Below, one piece after another: positions 52,697 through 64,000 of a DNA stretch of 64,000 nucleotides (the stretch's first letter is position 1; each line of letters opens with the position of its first letter). The stretch lies in NCBI GenBank assembly GCA_051294375.1, contig CM119270.1:19541741-19605740 (forward strand). Direction: 5' to 3'. The DNA comes from Paraspadella gotoi. Its lineage: Eukaryota; Animalia; Chaetognatha. The notes under the pieces were generated by a model, which ran no database searches, was not told where the DNA came from, and was given only the letters and a program-made list of their open reading frames with translations. Both the position numbers and the translations under genes were made by a program.

Positions 52697-54658
52697 CTGA
52701 AATTAAAAAAAAAAGGACATCAACTGATAAAATCTAAATAAAAGCCGATGAAAAAAAAAATCGAGACGGGAGATTTACTCGAGAAAAGATTAACGCAAAA
52801 CAAAACAAAAAAAATCCGGTTTGTTTTCGTTTGGTTTTTTTTGTTTTCAATTTATAACTGTACAACTAAGCGAAATCTCACAACTCTTTACAACATTTTC
52901 TCTCAAAGAACCTTCCCCACCCCACAAACGCAGTCCACACCCCAACATCGCCGAGATCAGGTGTTGCTTCGACTAGATTCTGTGTATTCCAATAAAAGGA
53001 AGAAAAAAATAGGTTTAACCCGAAAGATGGAGCCATTCGGATATATTTGATTCTCCCCCNNNNNNNNNNNNNNNNNNNNNNNNNNNNNNNNNNNNNNNNN
53101 NNNNNNNNNNNNNNNNNNNNNNNNNNNNNNNNNNNNNNNNNNNNNNNNNNNNNNNNNNNNNNNNNNNNNNNNNNNNNNNNNNNNNNNNNNNNNNNNNNNN
53201 NNNNNNNNNNNNNNNNNNNNNNNNNNNNNNNNNNNNNNNNNNNNNNNNNNNNNNNNNNNNNNNNNNNNNNNNNGCGCCACATTGCGCCATCCACATTAGG
53301 CAATGCTGCGCCAAATACGCCTCGCTGGTCTTCTAACAAAGCTTCCTGATTTGCTACATTACGCAACGCTGGGCTATTTTCTTCCAGAGTCAAGCCATGC
53401 CACGAGTCCTGACGCAACCAGTTCTCCACACCGCCACGTTTTTGTCTAAAGACTCCGTCACTCTAATCACCACCCCTGGTCCGCCCCTGCTGTGTCCCTA
53501 TTCTTTCACAACATAGACACACGGACCAAAAAAAAAGATCGTGAATATTTCTTCTTCCAAATCGAAATCTTTCACGGAGAACAAAACTTATTTCTTTTTT
53601 TTCCGTTACGCTTCTGATTGAAGCAATTTCCTTCTGCGCGTGAGGATTTCAAGTTGTACGGGTTCCGTACGGACAATTGAATCTGTACGTGATCGTGCAA
53701 CTGCGTGTCGATGCGTTTTTGAATATTAGGAGTACAATGTAGACGTGTGCACGTGTGCATGTGACTTTGAGACGACAATAATGTACGTCAGAGTCAAATT
53801 ACCTACATGTCTATGTTTTTGTTTAAGTGTTTGTATGTATTATTTAGTTTATTTAGTTTATTTGCGAGCGCGTTTGGTTAGACTCTTCACNNNNNNNNNN
53901 NNNNNNNNNNNNNNNNNNNNNNNNNNNNNNNNNNNNNNNNNNNNNNNNNNNNNNNNNNNNNNNNNNNNNNNNNNNNNNNNNNNNNNNNNNNNNNNNNNNN
54001 NNNNNNNNNNNNNNNNNNNNNNNNNNNNNNNNNNNNNNNNNNNNNNNNNNNNNNNNNNNNNNNNNNNNNNNNNNNNNNNNNNNNNNNNNNNNNNNNNNNN
54101 NNNNNNNNNNNNNNNNNNNNNNNNNNNNNNNNNNNNNNNNNNNNNNNNNNNNNNNNNNNNNNNNNNNNNNNNNNNNNNNNNNNNNNNNNNNNNNNNNNNN
54201 NNNNNNNNNNNNNNNNNNNNNNNCGATATAAATCTTTCTGCAACTATAGAGGGCATTTTGAATCGGACCTCAATAACAAAACCGTCAAAAGAAAAAAAGA
54301 AAAAAAAAAGAAAATAATTTCAAATCCTTATTTTTTGTTTTCATTTTATATTTCAAGTTCATTTCACTTTCCCTTTTTTTTTCTTTTCCTTTTTTTCCTC
54401 CTTTTCTTTTCCTTTTATCTTTTCTCATTTTTTATGTTCCCCTTTCTTTTCTCAAGTGCCTCCTTTTTTCTACCTCCTTTCTTTTCTCTCCTTTCCTTCT
54501 GTTCATAAATTATTCACAATCACACCCAACCAACCAACCACCATCCACAAACTACCATCCAAAACAACCATCCACAAAGCACCAGTCACCCTTCACCAAC
54601 CGCCAACCACCATATACCAACCACCATCGACCNNNNNNNNNNNNNNNNNNNNNNNNNA

Positions 54659-54936
54659 GGACAGATTCCTCTGCCACCCAGGACGACACCGACGACGCGT
54701 CACTGGATGCAAGATTTCTGCCTCCATCATTCGAATCCCCGGAAATCGAAACACACGACATCAACAATTGGGGCCGTCGGTGAGGCTGCCCGACGCCGAA
54801 CGGGAAATCTTTTCCGAAGGAATTTCAACGTCTTGGGGATTATCGAAAGCTTCTGCGCTTGGCAGGCAGCAGCCGCCGCGCCGCCAGGATTTCTTCTCCC
54901 TGTCGTAGACTCTGGCCCGCATCGAGAGCTCCGCGC
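54659..54936 (-). CDS. Probable noisy N-terminal C-type-lectin exon of contactin
   Basis: GC-rich block after a T-rich acceptor-like tract; EKKSW...AAAACQA resembles the CTL W..A...C motif; frame broken. Confidence 0.4.
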
Positions 54937-55659
54937 CCGGGTTTTTTTTTTTCCCCGATAAAAGCACCACTTTCTTTTTAAATTTTATTTATTTATTATT
55001 AGAGCGAATGGTGATGCTGTGATTGAATGGATGTCATTTGTGAGGATTTAATATCGATTTTTTCTGTGATGGTAAATGAATGTCCGAATTATTAGGTGGT
55101 GATGTGAAGGCATTCAATGAATAGAAAATAAAAGGTGAAAGTGTTTACCGATATTCCGTTTCTCCAAGAGAAGCTAAATATAGTACTGGACAGACCGACT
55201 GAAATCGAAATCGAAATTTTTGTAAAACTTATGTTGTTCGACTCTAGAGTAGTTTTCATACTGGCTTTAAGTAATAGATATAACATTATTGTTTCGTTTT
55301 CATACCATCGATTTAATGCCGCTAATCAATTATCGCGAAGTTTGAACGCAGCGACGAAAATTCAAAAATGTCAGAGGCTAAAAATATTTTTCGGCAATAT
55401 TGTTTTATTAGAAATTCACAGGGTGAGGTTTATCCCCAAAAAACCTTTCTCTGAGGGAGAAACGAAATGAATGAATTTATTTTTGAAAAGGGGGAAAGAG
55501 GGCCTTGGTAAAAATACTAAAATATCTAAAATAAATTCAGATGAGTCAGAAATCTTCCCTTAGAATCTTTTTTGGCCCTGGATCTGAAGGTGGAATCCGC
55601 TGCACTCAGGGGTTGAAAACTCAAGAAGCAAAACGAATCCGCCTGCAGGAATGGCAGTG

Positions 55660-55865
55660 TACAAAGGTAAAGGTTTGTGAGAGGTTTCCAAAGGAAAGGT
55701 TTTGGCGAGAGGTTTCCAAAGGTAAAGGTTTGCGAGAGGTTTTCCAAAGTAAAGGTTGCGAGAGTTTTCCAAAGTAAAAGGTTTGCGAGAGGTTTCGCAA
55801 AGGTTAAAGGTGTTGCGAAGAGTTTTCAAAGGTAAAAAGGTCTGCGAGAGTGTAAATGTAAAGGA
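55660..55865 (+). repeat. ~21-bp minisatellite (AAAGGTTTGCGAGAGGTTTCC)
   Basis: About 9 tandem units. Confidence 0.85.
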
Positions 55866-58096
55866 CAAATGGTGAAGCATCGAGCATTACTCCTGCTCTG
55901 TAAATATATATATCAATTAACGAATAACAAAAGAAAAGTGTAACGAATAAACGTCCACTGTTCGACCGATGATTTTATTGACAGAAGAAAAAGTGTACGA
56001 TAAACGTCAACTGTGTCGAACTGATGATTTATTAAGCAAGCAACGAAACCGAAACGTCGAGATTGAAGAAGTCGATTCAAGAATGTAGAATTCCAACCGC
56101 TTTCACAATTAGGAAGCGAAAGAATTCTAAATTACAAAACGACTCGACCGCAATAGCAAAGGTGGAAATCTTGGATCAATAAATAACGATACTCGCCAAG
56201 CGAAAAGCCGACGCTTTAACAATTAAGTCACATGACTTAACGATATTACGACACATCTCGCTTTTCACAACATAAATAATCAGCAAATATTTTTAGGTTA
56301 TTTGTAAAGGAAAATGGAAAGGTCGATAAATTAATATTAGTCGATACAAGCAGCTGTCAATGGCCGAGAAAGTACAACCAACGATTAATGGACATTGTAA
56401 CTACAATACCGTTTTTAAATTAATATCGACAATGTACTTTACGCCTGAAATGCGACGACGAATTACGGACTGAAATCAGAAACTGTCATATTTGTGTGGA
56501 GTACAACATACACACGACGGTGAAGGAGAACCAATCGACTAAAATGCCGTTTGGCACGAGACAAATACTTTCTTGCGAATTTGCTGGGTCCGATAGCAAA
56601 CTCGAAAGGGTAAAATATATATTCTTACAGTAAGAGAATCTTCTTACTACCGGATAAAATCTATTCTTCGGCTGAAGATGTCGCTCATGCCTTTTTTAAA
56701 GATATTTGAAGTCTCATCGGAAATTTGGGATTGCGTTTTCGATCGATGGTAAATGAGTGACTTAACGAAAGATCGATCGAAACTATTTAAAGAAAACTGG
56801 GAGTACAAGTACAAACAAAGTACGTACGTCAGTAGACATCAAACTGTACTCGGAACGATTAAATTAAATCTGTCTGATTCAAATTTTTGAAATGGTAGAT
56901 AAAGAACCCGACTTACGAAAGTGGTCCGACATTTTGAAGAAAAGTCGAACTCTCCAATAAACATGAGTCCTTGCGTCTCGTACGCGGAAACATTCCAGGT
57001 AAGCCCCGGAAACACGCGATGAAGTTTTGGAGAGAGTGGGAACCGAGATGTAATAAAGTACAAAAATATTACTGATAATTACTAAAATATTCTGCCTATT
57101 TGTCAATTTATTTCGTGTCTCACCATTATCAAGGGAACGGGCTAGGGCAAGTCATTATTAAAATTAAATGGGGATTAATATGCTAAATCGAATCAGTGAA
57201 AACATATTTAACTAAATGCTTCGCGTATGACCTGATATTAGTAATCATTTTTAATTACAGCTCTACGGCGACGTTTGAAAGTAAACAACAGACTCGTGAG
57301 GCGAGAAGGAGAGAGAGATAAGAGAGAGAAGAGAGAGACGAGAGAAAAGAGAGAGAGGCGATCGATCGTAGTCGCCTCACTCGTTTTATTTCGATTTCTG
57401 GAAGATCCATGCTAATTTTAACTGAATTAATAACAGATCTCTTATTGAAAATGTATGTCGATCGAAGCCACCTTCAAAAAAGGTTGGACAAATTGGACAA
57501 ATACACTGAATACTAAGGAACGCAAGTTTTAGCGGAACTCGTCGACGCGACTGCTGTTCTGCGATACTGATCAGGCAATTCCAAGAACGACCGATTTGTA
57601 AGGAAATGTGGGAGTAGCTAAAGTCCGTAGGGAAAAAAAAAAAACTAATTGACTTTAATTGATCGATCGAAAGGCGAAAATTTAAATTAATATATTCAAA
57701 GTTAATTCAAATCGTTAATAACGATAATATTTGATATGATGAACACGAATTGAGGAATGACAACATAGCATGTTGTCATGTTGCCGATCGAAGTCAACCG
57801 ACGCATATGGTTTGACAATTTAGAAATATGAATATTATTATTTGGATCAATTAATATTAATAGAACCTAAATAAGACGGTGTTTACCATGAAATAAACAT
57901 TACGAATGGGTTTACCTAACTTTGGAGTGATCTTCAGAAGGTCCCGCGATTTGGTTTTTCGATTGCGCTGAGGCGGCGGACCGGACGCTTAATTATTCTT
58001 GTTGCAATGATTGAGCCAGAGTACAGGGAAACGAACAAACGATACTTGGAACTTTGAACGACCCTAAAATCATAATTTGTTTGCACCCTTTTAGCT

Positions 58097-58618
58097 TCAA
58101 AATAACCTGTTTGCACGAATCTGTTCGCACTCTTTCATTTTCGACTTAAATTGATTTTTGCAAGGGGGGGGGGAGGGGGGGGGTGTTTCGGCACTGAATT
58201 TTAATTTGGCACCTTTTTCTCTTACCCACACAAATGACGACATTGTAGGGCGACGAATGCAATGAGCAATGCCAGACAGACAATTGACAATACAAAGAAC
58301 GACCAAAGTAAAGAGCCAGAATGGTCAGGGGCTGACAATGCGAAAATGCCTGATTGGTGACGAGAATGGAACATGATTTCCCATATTTCCAGCCGATTTG
58401 GCGAGCAGAGTTTAATATGGCGGCCGCACAAACTGAAAGCGAAAACAATTTTCTGCATTTGTTATTAAAATTTTCCTTACCAAAATAACGCCATGTTTTG
58501 AAATTTAAATTAAAATTATGAAACGATTTATTCTTATTGGAAAATTGATGACTTAATTAAATTTGCCGCCATCGACTCCTTAAAGAGGAAGATAGACTGA
58601 TTCCGTTACACTTACCAT
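58097..58618 (-). CDS. Candidate 3-exon, 79-aa single-pass membrane microprotein (58616-58618, 58226-58452, 58097-58106)
   Basis: ATG|gtaagt, cag|...GSLLWSFFVLSIVCLALLIAFVALQC...|gtaaga, cag|G L F stop; canonical sites in phase; no recognised homology. Confidence 0.3.
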
Positions 58619-59557
58619 TTTTAAGGGTTGGGAGCAGTGAAGAGCAGGCATGAATTCTTTTCATAATTCATACATGCCATAATTCCTTCATATCGATAAA
58701 AATTGTTTTGAATGTTTTCAGAAAAGATATGAAAAATAGATCAAGTGAGAAGTGATTTTGGGGCGCGTGAATGACTGCCATATTGGGTGGAAATGTTTTG
58801 TTTGATGTTTGTTTACATATTGGTTCTCAATATATATATATATATAATTAATTTTACATTTTAGTTCGAACTGGTTTGGCCGGCAGTTTTTCGAGCTTAT
58901 TTTCAAAACATTTTATTTTTGTTACGTTTTTTCATATTCAAGATGCAGCGCCAGATTTATTTTTGTCGCTTAATTTACTTTTCCCCAATTTAGCTATATG
59001 TGATCAATTGTAATAACTGTTATAACAAATTAAGATTATTGTACTACTGCCTTAACAATGTGATCTATTGTACCACTTTTAGCTACTCATTTATTGCCAT
59101 TTAACAAAATTTGTTTTGGGGGGGAGATGTTTAGTAATATTTTAATTAGACTCGCAATTTAGTAATTAACCTTTCGTTCAATTTTGTCTCTCTAAATTTT
59201 CCTCAGTTCCAAGTTTAATATTTCATAGATTCCCAGGAATCAGCGCCTATTTGTAAACATTTTGTCTAGTAGAATAAACAAAGGAAGAGAAGACGAGAGG
59301 GAGGCCGAGATTTAGTACATTCCATTTTTTAGATCTCAAGGGATTAAGGACGCAATATTTTATCACTGTTTAAATTTTCTAATACCTTTGGCAATCTACA
59401 ATTATTTCAGGTAACTTCAAAAACTAATTAGACAGACTATGATAGTTCAGCTCTCCTATCCGTCATTTTTGAGGGCACACGGACCACGTTACCAACAAAA
59501 GAAAGAAAGACAGAAAGAAAAGAGAAAGAAAAAAAGAAAGAAAGAAAGAAAGAACGA

Positions 59558-59589
<32 letters not shown>

Positions 59590-60916
59590 AAAGAAAGAAG
59601 AAGAAGAAAGAAAAGAAATAAAAAGAAAGAAAATTCTTGCGCAGAAAGAAAAACCCAATCCCATTCGACTCTTTTGCAGACGAACTTTTGGCCCCATAGA
59701 TTTTTCCCTTTCCGGCGCGCGGGCCGGCAGAAACGCGGCGTCGGAAAGAACCGCCCAACTGAAGAGCACGACTGTCTTAGACGAGCGTGCAGTCTCGCGT
59801 CGCGCAGACGTCGGCCCGCCGAAATCAGCAAGGAGACGTCTCGCCTTTGCTGGGATTCTATTAGTCTGCTCGAGCAATAATCAAAAGAGAAGCAACGTTG
59901 AAATTACATTCTGCAACGGTACATTTAAAAAAAACATTTTTGCTACCAAATGGAAAGTAAAAAGTACGGCGTAGTTAAAAATTTCTAAATTTAACTTTAA
60001 TTAAAACTTCTAAAAGTGAGGGAACGACAACAATTATACTAATGCAACTTTTGGTAATAAAAAAAATTTATAAATAAATTTTTACAATTTACGCAGTAGG
60101 CCATATTTATACTAGTACTAATAATATAAATGTTAAAATTTCAAAACAGTTTTTTCTAAAATTTTTTTTTTCAGATTTTGGATTCGTCATAAAAGTTTGG
60201 ATAAAAAGAAATATACTCTTTTTTAAAAAATTCCTTCATTACAGTGGGTCAAAAATTAGAAAAAACTATATTTTTAAGCTGAAAATTAACTTTTTTATAT
60301 ATTAAATATAGTTTTTTTGGTAATTTTTAATCCACTTAATGAAAGAATTTTTAAAAATAATTTAATATTTTCTTTATCTAACTTTTGACGAGGAATTCAA
60401 ATCTGCAATCAAAATTAAGAAAAGAGCCTATTTTGAAATTTTTCAATTTTATAAGGATAGTAGTATATATAAATATGCTCTGCGAAAAATTAAAAAACAT
60501 AAAATTAATTTTTTTTTACAAATTAATGTTCACTGATGGTATGTTTGTTCATCTTGACTTTAGAAATTTTTGTACATAACTTTCACTACGCCTTAGTAAA
60601 GAGTAGCACAGTAAACAGAGTAAATCAGTGAAACGTAACTTACCCCACAATGTATTCTACTGTCTTCGTTCAAACGCAAAGCCGCCCCGCTCACCGTCCG
60701 CCACGCTTCACTTTTTCTCTTTTCCTCTTCCCCTCTTCACCACGCCTCAGGCCTCCGCCCGAGACGTTTTTTTATGGTTTCCTTATCGTAGTTTCGGTTT
60801 TGGGTGGGAATTCGAAAAAACCCGCGGCGAATTTCCCGTTCCGCGCGCGTTTATGGTTCTTTTTACGAGTCCGCTCGTCGGGTCTAAATATTTGTTTCGC
60901 GTCCGTAAAAACTGAC

Positions 60917-60999
60917 CCGAGAATATGGAAAAAACGTCGTTTCCGCGGCCGCCGCCGCCGCAGCGCCGCCGGCCCGCCGCCGCCGCCGCCGCCGCGCAT
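60917..60999 (-). CDS. Candidate first coding exon of contactin (signal-peptide start)
   Basis: MRGGGGGGPAALRRRRPRKRRFFHILG then a gtcagt donor, inside a GC-rich island; could join GFVLLL at ~55642 but the phase is off by one. Confidence 0.25.
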
Positions 61000-63117
61000 A
61001 TCACGCCTTCCAATTTTCCGTGACATTGGACGTCGAACAACGGCCAGCCCAAAAACTGTCACCTAAGGTGTGGCCAAAAATTTCAAAATCCATAGTAGCT
61101 CAATTTACATCCGGCACAATATGTGGGGGGTATAAAAGTATGTTTGCCCAAATCTCATCGACTTGCTTCAACACCCTTAGCACTACCCTCGCTTAAAGGA
61201 TTTTTGGCACACCTTTGACTAAAAAATTAATTGTTAAATATGCCTTGTTTTATCGTACCACTCAACTTTATTCGCTGAGAACTCATCAAAGATTATTTCA
61301 ACAATCAATTTGAAAGTGCTCATTTCATCACAGCCTTCACAACTGGCTCCACAGCACGCTGGAGGATGTAGAGTTGATAACATCATTTGCCTTATAAATT
61401 CTAACATTCAGGGTAGAATCTCTTACTTTGACATAGTTTACAACTAATATGTTCCTTCTAATATAAATCAACAACATTTGATTTTATTAGAGGTGTGGTT
61501 CATCCCTGGAGGATTTAATTTCTGTTCCTTTTTTTATTTTTAATAAAATTACTAATTTTAAATTACATTTTCGGATAATTTAACATTACAGGCTGTGATG
61601 TAAGATGATACAAAAATTGGTCAGATCCAAAAAAATTGCATGAATTAAGCGTAGGTTTCAAAGAGAGCCCTCTCTTGAAGGATCTGGGAGCACACTCAAC
61701 ACCCCCTTTAAAAATGAGTAAAGATAACTTATTTTTTAAATCTAAAATGCTCTTTGGTTAAAATTTTATGACCAAAATTTTATGCTTCAGTTTGTACACA
61801 TATACATTAAACTAGAGAATATTTTTAATACTGGCATTATTGAAATGGATTTTGGTAATCATATTTGCTTCACTAGAGAATCGTTGAAAGAACAATCACA
61901 AAAGGGGGACAACTGTACGAATGTATTTGAAGAAATTTTATTTAATTAACCAGTGCTAAATTAACAGTGCCTTAAGTAAATGTAAAAGAAAGAATGATAT
62001 AAAGCTTTATAAGGGAGAAGACTGACAGAAAGAACGAAATAAAGGAAAGAAAGAAAGAAACGAAGAAAAAAGAGAGAAAAGAAAACGAGAAAAAGAGAGA
62101 AAAGAAAACGAGAAAAAAGAGAGAAAAAGAAAATTAGTACAAATAAAAAAGAAAACGAGAAAGAAAGAGAGAAAAAGAAAAAACGAGAAAGAAGAAAGAA
62201 AAAGAAAATGAGAAAGAAAGAGAAAAAGAGAACGAGAGAAAATTAATATTATTTTTTATTTCGTGTCGAAAATCGTTTTCCAAAATCAAACAAACAAAAT
62301 CCTCGATCACAAAGTTAATTAATTAAATTACTTAATTACAAATAATTAATAATTAATTAATTACTATTTAATTTAATTACCTACTATTAAATGTTAGTTA
62401 ATTTAAATTTTAAGGCAACTTTTTTTCAAAGAAGCACGCCTTTGCTGCGGCTCCTGAAAGCAGCGGAACCCCAGACACACGGCACAGCAAATCATATCTT
62501 TTTGCTACTTCCATCATCGTTTTATGCCGTCACTCCTTCAGTCGTTACTCCTCACCGTCGCAATAAGTTTCCTCCATCGTTCAAAATTAATCTTCGTCCT
62601 TTCTTCGATCCGATCCCTGAAGAAGGCTTAATTCTTTCTGCTCTTTCTTTCCAACCCAAGCAAAGTCAGAATTTTATTGTTGCAAAAGTTGCGTTAGGGA
62701 AAAACTACCGCTATCCTAACCCTAATCCTACCCTAATCCTAATATCTATCCCTAACTAACCTTATCCCTAACCGAAACCCTAAACAATTAATCCATCGTT
62801 CAAATTATCGTCGTTGTATTGAACTAAGGTTCGGAGAATGTGGCTGTCCTTGAACTTCTAACTGACTAGGCTAATCTGCGCATTTGAAGACCAGATGAAC
62901 TCGGTTAGAATGGCGCAAAGAGACGATGACGCCGGTCACTTGAATGCCTGGAGATGATGACGACAAAAGTCTCGGTAGGATGACGAACTACGAAGTCCGC
63001 GGACTTGACAAAGTGTCAATTGAAGAGACAGAAATTATTATTAATGTGTTGTGACAGAACCGGTTTCAATATAAGCAGTCCGCTGAAGCTTCGGAATCAG
63101 GCTGTAACACCAATGTT

Positions 63118-63234
63118 ACAGCGGGTTTAAGCGCCCCGTCCCCTCTTTAAACTGCCAGACGACCACCGGGCTAAGAACCCCGGACCTTTGGGTTGGGAGG
63201 CGAATGACTTGCTTCCGGCACCAATGGCCGCTGA
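63118..63234 (-). mobile_element. tRNA-like SINE candidate
   Basis: Minus strand tggtgccggaagc...ctcccaacccaaaggtccggggttcttagcccgg; shares its core with 33500-33533. Confidence 0.45.
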
Positions 63235-64000
63235 TGAACGGTTGGTGGATTTTAGTCACCATACAATGATGTCTGATGCTGTGAAGCTTGTAGAGTCTGT
63301 CACAGCTTGTGAGTGTGTAGTCTGTAGTTAGCAAGAAATAAACAAGGGACTAACAAAAACATTTAGTAACAACTCAGCAAATATATATAAGTTTTAAAGT
63401 GTTTTCTTACTTGTTTCTGAAGGCCATAATAAACAAAAGAGATGCTTCTTTTCATAGAAAGTCCACCAAACAAGCGATCACACAAAACATAAGATTCCGA
63501 GATTCTGGATAAAAGAGTTTCTATGCTCTGAACGAACTAAAAACCCAGTGACAACTTTGAGATCTGAAGATACCACGTGGTCAAGAATTGATCAAGAATC
63601 AAATAGAAATTTATCGAAATCACGGGCACCCAATCAGAAATCAGCTGTACATGCCTTTCGGAAATCTGTACTAAGTATAAACAAAGAGGAGAGCCTAAGA
63701 TGTTCCGCTGCAATCGCTAGAAACGGAGGCCGCATTTTCGATGTCAGTAATAAAGAAAAAAGATCAACGGCGCGAGCAAAGGGCAGAATCACGCATTTAA
63801 TACCCTCGACCAATAGGAAAGATAGTTACCTTATGCGTAAAGGTTTTGTTTTTTGATTGATGCAGATCTGACTGAGTCATCCACAAAGAAGAGACAGCAT
63901 GTGGATGACGCGCTAAGAAATCATTTGGCCGTGGAGGGTCATCCAATGTCAGAGAGAGTTGACGAACGTCTTGAGGATGTTTCAGAGTCGGAAGTGGCGT

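Noticed and set aside
63866-63922. Another hammerhead candidate (ctgactga-GTCATCCACA...TGTGGATGAC)
   Set aside because: A good hairpin, but the core boxes are mis-spaced and no stem III or cleavage triplet is evident.

Overview
AT-rich, microsatellite-rich animal (invertebrate-type) genomic DNA from a draft assembly, with many N gaps and stretches of indel-rich, apparently unpolished long-read sequence (notably ~1-8.4 kb and ~53-57 kb). Two multi-exon neural cell-surface genes converge. On + is the 3' half of an Eph receptor tyrosine kinase (juxtamembrane, kinase, SAM; ~8.0-13.5 kb). On - is a contactin (C-type lectin + Ig + FN3; ~18.4 to at least 52.7 kb, possibly to 61 kb). The main finding lies inside one 11.3-kb contactin intron (24303-35573), on the opposite strand. 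It is a tandem cluster of four paralogous small genes sharing a ~100-aa predicted helical domain with an invariant R-N-x-H-A-H (HEPN RNase-type R-x4-H) motif. Three copies end in a CC-aaX prenylation box (CCVIL, CCVVL, CCVIM), and an SPOP-like BTB gene sits among them. This suggests a cluster of membrane-anchored standalone HEPN ribonucleases, possibly an innate-immunity island (inference). Also seen: a minimal type-I hammerhead ribozyme motif with a covarying degenerate second copy, a 33-bp minisatellite that reiterates an Eph splice donor in frame at the kinase-insert position, tRNA-derived SINE-like repeats, long palindromes and several assembly artefacts. All calls were made by eye; no database searches were run.
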